Below, piece after piece: positions 47,736-59,090 of a stretch of DNA of 64,000 nucleotides. The stretch is from Selaginella moellendorffii. Taxonomy: Eukaryota > Plantae > Lycopodiophyta. The notes beneath the pieces are model-generated. The model was not told where the DNA came from and ran no database searches. It saw nothing but the letters and a program-made list of their open reading frames with translations. Both the position numbers and the translations under genes were made by a program. Where the stretch lies: positions 372,001-436,000 of the forward strand of contig NW_003314290.1 of the NCBI RefSeq assembly GCF_000143415.4. Reading direction: 5' to 3'. The stretch's first letter is position 1. The number at the start of each line of letters is the position of its first letter.

Positions 47736-49910
47736 CTAGAAGAACAGTGGGGATAAATACCTGAAGGACAGAATAGCGCTGGGTACAAATGCGACGACTC
47801 CAAGAGCAACTCCCATCCCAACGATGCCGCCGAAGCCATCGTCGCCACCCCGTGAAAAACTTTGTGGCGTGGCATCAACCGGGGCGGCACAGCCCGGGAC
47901 CTCGAGATGGTTGCACAGGCGGGGATTTCCATCGAGGATAAAAGTTCCAGTCTGGGGGCCCTGGGGAACGATTCCAGACAGGTTGTTATACGAGACGTTG
48001 AGCCGGGTGAGAGTGCCGAGACTCGCAAAGCCGCCCGGAATGCCACCTTGGAGGAGATTGTGCGACATGTCGACCGTGTCCAGAGTCGGGATGGTTCCAA
48101 AGCCTGTCGGGATTTCTCCTGTGAGAGAATTGTAGGCGAGACCAAGGACTATAAGATCCTCCATCCTGCCAAGTTCAAGCGGTATCTCTCCAGTGAGGTT
48201 GTTGTTCGAGACGTCCAAGTAAATGGGGCTGCTGAGATCGAGAGTAACCGGGGGAAAGAAACCGACGTGAGCATCACACCTGGTTCTCGCGGCAAGCAAT
48301 GCTTCAAAATCCTCCAGCGCAATTCCCTGGACTCCGAAAACTCCACTCGCTCCAGTGCAGGTTGGAAGAGCCAGCGCCGGTGTCACGTACCTCAACTCTC
48401 CCAAGTTTCTCTCTACTCGAGGTACCAGTGTCAGGACGCTACTCGAGCTTTTGCCGATGCGAGCAGGGATATTTCCACTCAGCAAGTTGCCGGCAAAGTC
48501 TATCACCAGCAAATTCTCGCACTGCTCGAGCTCTGATGGAATCTCTCCTTGCAGGCGATTGTCTCTTAGCTGGAGTATGGTCATCCTGTGGAGGCGTCCC
48601 AGCGCAGCAGGTATCTCACCACTAAGCCTGTTGTTGCTCAAGCTCAACCATTGCAGGTCTTGCAGGTCGGAGAGCTGTGATGGAACCTCTCCCTCGAAAC
48701 GATTGAAACTCAGCATCAAGTTGACCAGGTTTTTGCATTTTGCCAAAGCGGATGGTATTTGTCCTTCGAAGCTATTCGCCCAGAGGATCAGGTGCCTGAG
48801 CTGCGGATGGTTTTCGCATAGGCTGCTGGGGAGTTCTCCGGCAAGCGTGTTGAAGCTCACGTCCAGCATCTTCAAACTAGCACACCTTTGGAGGGAGGCA
48901 AACACATTGTGCTCACCATCCAGGCGATTGTTCTGTAGGAGCAAACTTTCCAGGCTTGAGTTGGAGCTGCAAAGCTGCTGGTTTCCTATGGTGGTGAGAT
49001 TGTTGGAGCTGAGATCCATGTACCTCGTGAGCACTCCAATATGCGCTGGAACCTCACCCGTGAATTTGTTGTAGGCGGCATCGATCCTCTCAACGACGGG
49101 AAAGAAGCTGCTCAAGCTGGAGTTGTGCGAGCGCTGGCTTGCTCCAAACAGCGAGAAGAAATCCCCGGAGAAGGCGTTGCGAGCGATAGCGAGAACTTTC
49201 AGTGAGGTACATCTGCTTTCGGGAGCGAATAACTCTCCCGATATCTGGTTGAACGAGATGTTGATACTAATCAGGTTTTTGCAGCCGGGGAAAACGATCT
49301 GAGAGAGATTGTTGCTGGACAGGAAGACCTTTTGAAGATCAACGCAAGTGGAGAGGATCCTGGGAGGAAACTCGCCGACGAGCCGGTTGTTTGAGACGTC
49401 CAAGAGCGTCAAGTTGCAAGACCTCTCCCGGGAGAAGAGGGGCAAGGCAAGCATATCATCGCCAGTGAGCTCGTTGGAAGAAAGGTTGAGAGCTCTGATC
49501 GTCCCGCCGCAGTTCTCGAGGATCTGAAGCAGAAGATTATCATCGCCAGTGAGCTTGTTTTGAGACAAGTCGAGAGCTTCCAGGTTGCAACCTCGTAGCG
49601 AACGATTGGTGGACGACCCGGTGAAATTGCTCTGAGAGATGTGGAGCTTCTCTAGATGGGACAGGTCTTGGATCGCATCCAGCAGAGCAGGCCTGGGCAG
49701 TGATAGTGACTGAAGATCAAGTCCAGTGATCCGGCCCGAGCTGGAGCAGTTGACTCCATGCCAGTGACACGAATCTACGGCAGAACTCGTGTTCCAGGTA
49801 CTGAGTGTGGATAATGGATCGCTCACCTGGTTCTTAAAGCTCAAGAGCGTTGCACGATCTTCGCCTTTTGCAGCTGCCAGTGACAGAAGCACGAGAATTG
49901 CGAGCAACAT
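47736..49910 (-). CDS. LRR receptor-like protein without kinase, with BRI1/BRL-like island domain, ~724 aa
   Basis: Signal peptide MLLAILVLLSLAAAKG, LRRNT (LLSFK...DP...W...CHWHGVNC), ~20 plant LRRs, island domain, final LRRs, GNPRLC cap and a TM helix. Start placed at the ATG shared with copy 2. Confidence 0.9.
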   Translation of the reverse strand: MLLAILVLLSLAAAKGEDRATLLSFKNQVSDPLSTLSTWNTSSAVDSCHWHGVNCSSSGRITGLDLQSLSLPRPALLDAIQDLSHLEKLHISQSNFTGSSTNRSLRGCNLEALDLSQNKLTGDDNLLLQILENCGGTIRALNLSSNELTGDDMLALPLFSRERSCNLTLLDVSNNRLVGEFPPRILSTCVDLQKVFLSSNNLSQIVFPGCKNLISINISFNQISGELFAPESRCTSLKVLAIARNAFSGDFFSLFGASQRSHNSSLSSFFPVVERIDAAYNKFTGEVPAHIGVLTRYMDLSSNNLTTIGNQQLCSSNSSLESLLLQNNRLDGEHNVFASLQRCASLKMLDVSFNTLAGELPSSLCENHPQLRHLILWANSFEGQIPSALAKCKNLVNLMLSFNRFEGEVPSQLSDLQDLQWLSLSNNRLSGEIPAALGRLHRMTILQLRDNRLQGEIPSELEQCENLLVIDFAGNLLSGNIPARIGKSSSSVLTLVPRVERNLGELRYVTPALALPTCTGASGVFGVQGIALEDFEALLAARTRCDAHVGFFPPVTLDLSSPIYLDVSNNNLTGEIPLELGRMEDLIVLGLAYNSLTGEIPTGFGTIPTLDTVDMSHNLLQGGIPGGFASLGTLTRLNVSYNNLSGIVPQGPQTGTFILDGNPRLCNHLEVPGCAAPVDATPQSFSRGGDDGFGGIVGMGVALGVVAFVPSAILSFRYLSPLFF

Positions 49911-50199
49911 TCTCCCAAACAACCGAGTAAAGTGACTTGTGACCCCAGTGTCAAATTTGTTTCTTTTATCAGCCACATCAATCATCATCGCTTTTGTTGA
50001 AGTCAAGGGTGACTGCTCGCGCTCATTCTCCGACGCGGAAGTCAAAAGGTGAAGTCATTTTTCTTTCAAAAGTCCGTGTTCCACTAGTTTGCAAGATCAC
50101 AAATCAATAATTTGCTTTGCGCATAGATACATGCTTCGCCCCGCCTGCTATTAAGAAGAGGAGGATGTGGATCATATCCTCAATGTTCCTTGGAGAGCA

Positions 50200-50564
50200 G
50201 AGCAATGACAACATATGACTTACGAGGTATGTGCATTAGGTCTCGGGCGACAAGAGAGAAATCTTTTCAGGAGTTTCTCGTGCGACAAGAGAGAAATCTT
50301 TTCAGGAGTTTCTCGCGCTTGAAGAGAGGATGGGGTTCGCTAGCTCATGGATTACAAAGGTGTGGAAGTTTGGGCATGTTTGCTCGGGATGCCGAGCTCC
50401 AGTGTAATCTCTTTTTGGATTTTTCTTGGAGGGAATTTTGCAATAAGGAGGAAGAACTGCGCGAGTTCGATTGCAGTCTCAAGTTCCACGTACATTGTAT
50501 CAAGCAGTGCCCAATCTGCAAAGTCTGTGACAATCGCGGCATTCACAAGTTGATGGAATGCTAG
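50200..50564 (+). pseudogene. RING-H2 E3 ligase pseudogene fragment
   Basis: Frameshifted remnants of DNMTYE|ELLALEERMG...KFHVHCIKQ...CPICK, homologous to the RING exons at 63.2-64 kb. Confidence 0.7.
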
Positions 50565-52215
50565 ACAAACTTTTCCTTTTCGCATGGACCCAGAGCAGCC
50601 ATGTGTGATGGGGCGATTTGCGAAGAGGGATAGTGGACACCATGATACGAATATGAACCTGATTTCTGATTGCTTTTGTCAGATTCAGCAAACATGTCAC
50701 GCCTCGTCAAAGAGTGGCTGCAAGAACTTGGAGCCGATGACCAAGGGTAACTCGAAGGAGTGCTTTGCTTCCAGTCACCTTTGCTCAACTCTACCAGGAA
50801 GATTTTTTGCACGCTTTATCCCGCCATGTTGCGACTTCGTGACGTGATAAAACCAGGTTCTATCATATTTTCTTACCGCAAGATCATGTTCATCCAGGTC
50901 ACATCCTGTGACGGGACAATCGCTCTCGTGCAGTGTAAGATTGAACCGCCATGTCACCGACAGGCCTGAATTTAGAAATGTCTGCAAGAAGCTGTCTTCA
51001 AGTTGGAGAGGACACGGTAATGCAAATGCCTTTGCTGGTTGCTCCTCCAGAGCCTGGTGCAGCTGCTTGCTTCCACGCAATTGGCTCCGTCTATCTAGCG
51101 CTGCTATCGTGAAAGTGTGCTATTTGGCATGCCGTACGTGGTAGTTTCTTCTGGAGGGGCTGATTCAACAAACAATGATCACGGTACCATAGCATGCACT
51201 TTACATTTTTGGATCTGCTAACTCTGTTTGTTGTCCAGTCTTCGCAGCTCTTTGCCAAGAGTTGCACTCTTAAGGACACGGGCCTTCTCTGTAAGTCCGA
51301 CATCGACATTGAAACTGGATGTCCTACTTCGTTCGTCTGTTTCTACATTCTGTTGCCATCACAAAATGGCTCTCTCCTGGCCAAGGTAAACATTTGTTTT
51401 CGTATCTATCTCCATAAACTACGTTTCCTACCTTAGAGAATTGCCACGTATGAGGAGCTGCTGCCTTTTCCTCCAGCCATGCGCACCGCAACAAGCGTGC
51501 CTGACGATGTGAGGGACATGGTCAGCTTGTTTTTATCCAAGGTAAAAGGAAGGGAAAGGAGCGGTACTTATTTTGCGATTTCTTTAGATGGAAGCGCAAT
51601 TATACGATCCATTGCAGCATGAACGAGGCTGCGACTCGAAGCTTCGCAACGTTGTAAGCGAAAGCTTGCAGTTTCGGTTAGTTTATAGGTTTTAGGCACA
51701 CATACCTCACTTCGTTTTGAATTTCAGTTCGTCAGCTCTGGAAGAGATAAGCCTCAGACCAAATAAGCAGTTTGTAACTGCAACCGCGGTTCTGGCTCAG
51801 AGCGCTGAGCAACCAATTGGAAGGCTTCGGAAGAATCTTCATAACGTTCTTCCTAGGCAGCAAAATTCAACAACACAAAAGCCATCATTGCCGCTCAACG
51901 CCTCACAAGTTTCCAAAGGAAGGTCGAGGAAGACAAAGTCGTGACAACGCAAGCGTCTAATAAGGTGTTGATATTACCATTTTATTCTTGCTACTTATTT
52001 CATGTTACAGGTCAACGTGAATAAAATACCGACCACGTAAGCTTGTAAGAATTTGTAGTCCTGCTTACGAGTGAAGCTTGCAGCCTCTGATACGTATCGA
52101 CAGCGTTTTAACTGCAAGAGCTGAGAGCTATGCGGGCATACAGTGGCCGCCGTTAGGAGATTCCGACAATGCCTGATTCACTCCATTGGAAGCACCCAAT
52201 CTTTTTCGAAGGACT

Positions 52216-54389
52216 CTAGAAGAACAGTGGCGAGAAATACCTGAAGGACAGAATGGCGCTGGGTACAAATGCGACGACTCCAAGAGCAACTCCCATCCCA
52301 ACGATGCCGCCGAAGCCATCGTCGCCACCCCGTGAAAAACTTTGTGGCGTGGCATCAACCGGGGCGGCACAGCCCGGGACCTCGAGATGGTTGCACAGGC
52401 GGGGATTTCCATCGAGGATAAAAGTTTCAGTCTGGGGGCCCTGGGGAACGATTCCAGACAGGTTGTTATACGAGACGTTGAGCCGGGTGAGAGTGCCAAG
52501 ACTCGCAAAGCCGCCCGGAATGCCACCTTGGAGGAGATTGTGCGACATGTCGACCGTGTCCAGATTCCGGATGGTTCCAAAGCCTGTCGGGATTTCTCCT
52601 GTGAGAGAATTGTAGGCGAGACCAAGGACTATAAGATCCTCCATCCTGCCAAGTTCGAGCGGTATCTCTCCAGTGAGGTTGTTGTTCGAGACGTCCAAGT
52701 AAATGGGGCTGCTGAGATCGAGAGTAACCGGGGGAAAGAAACCGACGTGAGCATCACACCTGGTTCTCGCGGCAAGCAATGCTTCAAAATCCTCCAGCGC
52801 AATTCCCTGGACTCCGAAAACTCCACTCGCTCCAGTGCAGGATGGAAGATTCAGCGCCGGTATCACGAACCTCAACTCTCCCAAGTTTCTCTCTACTTGA
52901 GGTACCAGTGTCAGGACGCTACTCGAGCTTTTGCCGATGCGAGCAGGGATTTTTCCACTCAGCAAGTTGCCGGCAAAGTCTATCACCAGCAAATTCTCGC
53001 ACTGCTCGAGCTCCGATGGAATCTCTCCTTGCAGGCGATTGTCTCTTAGCTGGAGTATGGTCATCCTGTGGAGGCGTCCCAGCGCAGCAGGTATCTCACC
53101 ACTAAGCCTGTTGTTGCTCAAGCTCAACCATTGCAGGTCTTGCAGGTCGGAGAGCTGTGATGGAACCTCTCCCTCGAAACGATTGAAACTCAGCATCAAG
53201 TTGACCAGGTTTTTGCATTTGGCCAAAGCGGATGGTATTTGTCCTTCGAAGCTATTCGCCCAGAGGATCAGGTGCCTGAGCTGCGGATGGTTTTCGCATA
53301 GGCTGCTGGGGAGTTCTCCGGCAAGCGTGTTGAAGCTCACGTCCAGCATCTTCAAACGAGCACACCTTTGGAGGGAGGCAAACACATTGTGCTCACCATC
53401 CAGGCGATTGTTCTGTAGTAGCAAACTTTCCAGGCTTGAGTTGGAGCTGCAAAGCTGCTGGTTTCCTATGGTGGTGAGATTGTTGGAGCTGAGATCCATG
53501 TACCTCGTGAGCACTCCAATATGCGCTGGAACCTCACCCGTGAATTTGTTGTAGGCGGCATCGATCCTCTCAACGACGGGAAAGAAAGTGCTCAAGCTGG
53601 AGTTGTGCGAGCGCTGGCTTGCTCCAAACAGCGAGAAGAAATCCCCGGAGAAGGCGTTGCGAGCGATAGCGAGAACTTTCAGTGAGGTACATCTGCTTTC
53701 GGGAGCGAATAACTCTCCCGATATCTGGTTGAACGAGATGTTGATACTAATCAGGTTTTTGCAGCCGGGGAAAACGATCTGAGAGAGATTGTTGCTGGAC
53801 AGGAAGACCTCTCGAAGATCAACGCAAGTGGAGAGGACCCTGTTAGGAAACTCGCCGACGAGCCGGTTGTTTGAGACGTCCAAGAGCGTCAAGTTGCAAG
53901 ACTCTCCCGAGAGAAGAGGGGCAAGGCATGCATATTATCGCCAGTGAGCTCGTTGGAAGAAAGGTTGAGAGCTCGGATCGTCCCGCCGCAGCTCTCGAGG
54001 ATCTCAAGCAGAAGATTATCATCGCCAGTGAGACTGTTTCGAGACAAGTCGAGAGCTTCCAGGTTGCAACTTCGCAGCGAACGGTTGGTGGACGATCCGG
54101 TGAAATTGCTCTGAGAGATGTGGAGCTTCTCTAGATGGGACAGGTCTTGGATCGCATCGAGCAAAGCAGGCCTGGGCAGTGATAGTGACTGAAGATCAAG
54201 TCCAGTGATCCGGCCCGAGCTGGAGCAATTGACTCCATGCCAGTGACACGAATCTACACCAGAACTCGTGTTCCAGGTACCGAGTGTGGATAATGGATCG
54301 CTCACCTGGTTCTTGAAGCTCAAGAGCGTTGCACGATCTTCTTCTTTTGCAGCTGCCAGTGACAGAAGCACGAGAATTGTGAGCAACAT
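52216..54389 (-). pseudogene. Second LRR receptor-like gene copy with a 1-nt frameshift near 53902
   Basis: ORFs 53889-54389 and 52216-53892 match copy 1 in different frames (GACCTCTCCC versus GACTCTCCC on +). Could be a sequencing error. Confidence 0.8.
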
Positions 54390-54654
54390 TCTCCCTTCAG
54401 TCGAGTTTCGTGTTTAGGTTGCAACCGAGTGAAGTGACTGACCCCAGTCAAATTTGTTTCTTTTATCAGCCACATAATCCTCATCGCTTTTGGGTGACTG
54501 CTCGTGCTCAGCCAGTCAAAAAGTGAAGTCATTTTTTTTTTCAAAAGTCCGTGTTCCATTATTTTGCAAGATCACAAATGAATCATTTGCTTTGCCCATA
54601 GATACATGCTTTGTTAAGAAGAGAGGATGTGGATCATATCCTCTGGAGAGCAGA

Positions 54655-54975
54655 TCTGCAATGACAACATGACTTACGAGGTATGTGCATTAGTTCTCGT
54701 GCGACAAGAGAGAAATCTTTTCAGGAGCTTCTCGCGCTTGAAGAGAGGATGGGGTTCGTTAGCTCATGGATTACAAAAGTGTGGCATGTTTGCACGGGAT
54801 GCCGAGCTCCAGTGTAATCTCTTCTCGGAGTTTTCTTGGAGGGAATTTTGCAATAAGGAGGAAGAACTGGGCGAGTTCGATTGCAGTCTCACGTAGATTG
54901 TATCAAGCAGTGGCTTGGAGTGCCCAATCTGCAAAGTCTAACAATCGTGGCATTCAGAAATTGATGGAATGCTAG
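54655..54975 (+). pseudogene. RING-H2 E3 ligase pseudogene fragment (duplicate)
   Basis: DNMTYE|ELLALEERMG...CIKQWL...CPICK remnants with deletions. Confidence 0.7.
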
Positions 54976-55342
54976 ACAATCTTTTCCATTTCGCATGGAC
55001 CCTGTGATAGGGCGATTTGCGGGACAACATGAAACGAATATGAATCTCAGGGATTTTTCTCTCTCTGAGGTTTGTGTGTGATTACTACCTGGCTGCCACG
55101 GCAAAAGTTTTGCGACCAGTGGAAATAATTGTGAAATGTCCCTGCTAGCACCAAGTTGTAAGCTATCCCAATCGCGGACACGAATACGTCGACGTGACGA
55201 GAGATTCATGGCTGGGGAGAATGAGCGATCTCGCTTCCTCCACGCTAAAGGCAGGCGTGTCAGGCGAATCTTTCCGAACATTGTGGAAGATCCTTTAAAA
55301 AATATATATTTGAGATTCCTTCTTCTTCTTTGCGTCCTGGCG

Positions 55343-56638
55343 ATGGAGATCCACTCGCGGATGTGCGTGGCCAAGTCCGACGTCCCCGCCTCCGTCCCTC
55401 GCGTGGTGCTCCTCTCGCCGCTCGACCTCTTCCACACCAGCCAGATGCCCATCGTCCTCTTCTACGAGAACGCCCCCGCCGGGGCGGCGGCGCGCATCGA
55501 ATCGGGGCTGGCAACCGTGCTGGATCACTACCCGGAGCTCGCTGGACGGATCGGGCGCGACGAGCTGGGCCGCCACTGCATCCATCTCAACAACGAAGGC
55601 GCGATCTTCGTCGAGGCGGTATGCGCGTCCGAGGAGCTGGCTCCCTTCCTGGACAAGCGCGGGAACGACGTCAAGGATCTCGTCGGCTCGTCGACGCTGG
55701 AGCTGGGCGATGGGATGAACCGCGTGCCGCTCATCATCCAGGTGACGCGCTTCGCTTGCGGGGGGCTGGCCCTCAGCTGGGAGGGACACCACCGCGTGTG
55801 CGATGGCTCCGCCCACACGCAGTTCTTGCTCAACTGGGCATATGCTGCAAGAACCGGATCCCTCACTCCAGGATTCGTCCCGCTCATCCACGACCGATCT
55901 TTCTTGTTTCCCAGAAATCCCCCGGTCGTGGAGGATCCACTAGTAAAGTTCATCCACAAGAAAATGTCGCGCACCACCGTCCCGGGGCAAGAGGTCCTCA
56001 CTCTCACGTCAAACCTGACGAGCAAGCAGATCTCCCACCTCAAATCTCTCTGCGGGAACAAATACACCACCTACGAAACACTGAGTGCGCACTTCTGGAG
56101 GTGCATGACCGCAGCCAGGAACTTCGAAGACCGGAGCACTCTGGTCGGGCATTTTTGTCCTGCGAATGGTCGTTCCATCCTCAATGCCCCGCCCGGGTTT
56201 TTTGGTAACGCCATTTACCTCACTTTTGTCCAGACGAGCGCCGCGGATCTGCTGGATGGATCGCTGGAGCACGCCGCGGGGCTCATCCGGCAGGCCGTCA
56301 AGCGCGCCAGCAACCGTGTGTTCCTCGAGTCGGTGATCGACTACCTGGCGCTGGAGCAAGCGAGTGAAGATGCCCAGCCGCCGCAGCCCGAGGCCAAGGA
56401 CCAGAGCTGGATCCCAAATGTCATGATCCCGTGCTGGTCGAAGTTTCCATTATATGAGGTTGACTTTGGGTTTGGCAATCCATTCCGGTTCTCCACTGTG
56501 AATATGGGGATTGAGGGGGCGTTCACGATTGGGCCACCGCGCAAGGAGGGAATCACGGAGGTGCTCATCAATGTGCGCAAGGAGCACGCCCAGAGCTTGC
56601 TCACTCACCTTGGCAACTGTACTCAGGGATATTTCTAG
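55343..56638 (+). CDS. BAHD acyltransferase, intronless, ~431 aa
   Basis: HXXXD motif (HRVCDG), DFGFG motif, YPELAGRI, QVTRFACGG and FFGNA. Start placed at the ATG shared with the paralog. Confidence 0.93.
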   Translation: MEIHSRMCVAKSDVPASVPRVVLLSPLDLFHTSQMPIVLFYENAPAGAAARIESGLATVLDHYPELAGRIGRDELGRHCIHLNNEGAIFVEAVCASEELAPFLDKRGNDVKDLVGSSTLELGDGMNRVPLIIQVTRFACGGLALSWEGHHRVCDGSAHTQFLLNWAYAARTGSLTPGFVPLIHDRSFLFPRNPPVVEDPLVKFIHKKMSRTTVPGQEVLTLTSNLTSKQISHLKSLCGNKYTTYETLSAHFWRCMTAARNFEDRSTLVGHFCPANGRSILNAPPGFFGNAIYLTFVQTSAADLLDGSLEHAAGLIRQAVKRASNRVFLESVIDYLALEQASEDAQPPQPEAKDQSWIPNVMIPCWSKFPLYEVDFGFGNPFRFSTVNMGIEGAFTIGPPRKEGITEVLINVRKEHAQSLLTHLGNCTQGYF

Positions 56639-59090
56639 ATTTAAACGTTGCTTGATAGATTTATTTTTCTACAGAGTCAATATGTTAACTACTCGTCAGG
56701 ATCCAGATTCTTAGTGGCCACTTTTTAGCTTTGAAGTACTAATCAGTTCAAAATTACTTATTCCATAGCAGTTTCTTTGCCTTTAGCAGTTGTTGATTTG
56801 GGACTATGACGGAGACAACATTGTTGTCTTATGTTACCACATGTGATCTAAACCACCAGAAACAAAATCTTATTTGGAATCACTATATCAAGCTTAAGTG
56901 AGTTGAAATGATTTATGGCTTGTTAGTTACAACCATTTCTCATGAGCTATCTAACATTAGATTCCAATTTATTAGATCCTTCTTGGGCTGGCATGTTAAC
57001 AAGCTGGAGATCAAACAAATTTTTGGCTTGACCAATCTCTACTTAATTGAGGTAGGTGTTTTGAATTTTACCTTGGCAGTATGGAATTTACCACCAAAAC
57101 CAGCAAGAATTGCATACTAAAACACCTTTTTTTTACCTGACATTTCATGACAGAGTGCTTTTGCTTGATTCATACGTCTCACCATTTCCATCGATTGAAT
57201 GCAACACAACATTCAAAGGCTGAAAAAAGGCCTCGTGGCTGGTCCTAGAAACTATTCTAAGAATATAAATGTTTTATATTTGTAAAGCCCTAATACCATA
57301 TTTAAATTTTTAACTAATTAGTTTTCAAGAGTATGGCTATATATAATGTACCTTTCATAGCACAAAAATGGCCTACAATGTCCACACAACACTGTCAATA
57401 TTGGAGCTACTCTTTGATTGTGATGGAGTTGAGATAATTTATATCACTGAATGGTCATAGTGATATATATCTTAAAATTCTTCTTTAATTATAAATGTTT
57501 CTCCCTTCACAACTTATGATAAAGATAAGAATTTAGTATTTGTATTTGGGAGTAAAAGAATTCTTACTTAAATAGGCATTCTGAAGTTTTCTAGTGAGGA
57601 CATCCTTGTGTCAAGTGTTAAAATCTTTATTGCTTCTTTTATTTATTTATTTATTTTAGCAGTGAGTTCTCTGATGCAGAACATCATTGCCAGTATTGAG
57701 AGGCATAAACTAATCAAGAAATTTACCAAATTAATTAACAACTAAAATATCAGATGCCTTCATCAATATGGAAAATATCAACAAGATTTTAAGTATTCTT
57801 ATAATTTTTTTATTAATTTATAAGTGTTTTATGCTGAACATAGAAACTAAACATAATGCTCTCTAACATATAAAATGATCTAAACCTTTTTTTCTTGCAA
57901 AATTATTTAAGCTTGGCTGGATAAATCATAAGTTAAAATAGTATATACTAATGTTGCTACAATGTAATACACATAAATGTTTTATATTTTAAGAGTTTGT
58001 TATAAGAAAAGAATGAAAATAAAAAATCTAAATTTAATAGAAAGAATGAGGGAATAAACAAAGTAGAACAATTTTGAACACAAATAAGGAAGGATTCTGC
58101 CAACCCTTTACCTACTAATGTGAGTTTTAACTAGATTCAGTCCCAATTGAATAGTTCAGATGTGATTCATATTTACTTGTAATATAATACATGTATATTC
58201 ATACACATAAAATATGTTATTAATATTTAGGATAATTAAGAAGTGAACACAGTAATATTGTTATTCAAGCTTCGCATTGCAAAAGCTCAATAATATTATT
58301 TGTAAGTTATAATTTAGATAGCTAGTCGGCTCGCCATCGCTCGAGTTTTGGGATCTGGAGGCTGATAATCTTATCTAATCATCGTGGTCTGGTCAAAATT
58401 CTTTCTGAGACACCATTTCGGAATTCCACTAGCCTTGGGCAGCGCTCTTCCAGCAGCTGCCATGGTGAGCTTAACAATGATTTCACACCTTAAACGCAAT
58501 TCGAGAGAGGAAAATGTAGTTGTAAAGCCAGCCTGCCAGCTTGGCCCTAGCAAAACGAAAATCGAGAATGTACATGTCACTGTGGTACTTCCTGTGAGGA
58601 ATCACGTTGAAGAGCCTCCAATCGTGAAGGATCTTTATGCTGTGGCGATAAGAATGATAAAACAGGCAAAAACTGTAGCTTTGGAGGTCAAGAAACCTGG
58701 CTATGAAACGATCTGCTAAGTCCAAGAACTTAGAAAAGAAAAGAAAAGAAAAGTGCATGATAAGCGCAGTATTTTAAAAACGAGCAAAGCAGGCTCACCG
58801 ACTCCTAACATTTTTTTTTTGACTTGTCGAGTTCTAGCAGGTAAACGCTACACACTATCCATCAATACTTCCAAGTATCTGCTCAAAAGACAAAATCATT
58901 ATTTGGTGATGATCGGTCCTATTGAGGTGTCAAGAAATTAAAAGCGATCGATCCCTTGTATGTCTTCACTGGAGAGTTCAAGGTAGATGCTGTCCTCGCA
59001 GAATTCTTCCTAGTTTCCCTCCTGTACACTTCTAAATTCCATCGAACATTTGATCAGTCAATGATCTTAATAATTATAAACATCTTCAAT

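Larger units (their letters stand above)
46133..55047 (+). repeat. Tandem segmental duplication of ~4.5 kb (46133-50660 and 50663-55047)
   Basis: Colinear high identity over the pseudogene 3' part, the LRR gene and the RING fragment. Junction at ~50661. Confidence 0.92.

Noticed and set aside
49911-50045. N-terminal extension of the LRR protein ORF
   Set aside because: Begins at a non-ATG codon, precedes the signal peptide, and is not conserved in frame in copy 2.
55136-55342. 69-residue N-terminal extension of the first BAHD ORF
   Set aside because: Absent from the paralog and not BAHD-like. Both genes share the ATG of MEIHSR.
56618-58325. Helitron suggested by a CTAG at ~58322
   Set aside because: No convincing subterminal hairpin or 5' TC terminus found.
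58384-58719. 111-aa ORF between BAHD and UGT
   Set aside because: No recognisable motif or support. It may be a gene fragment but cannot be called.
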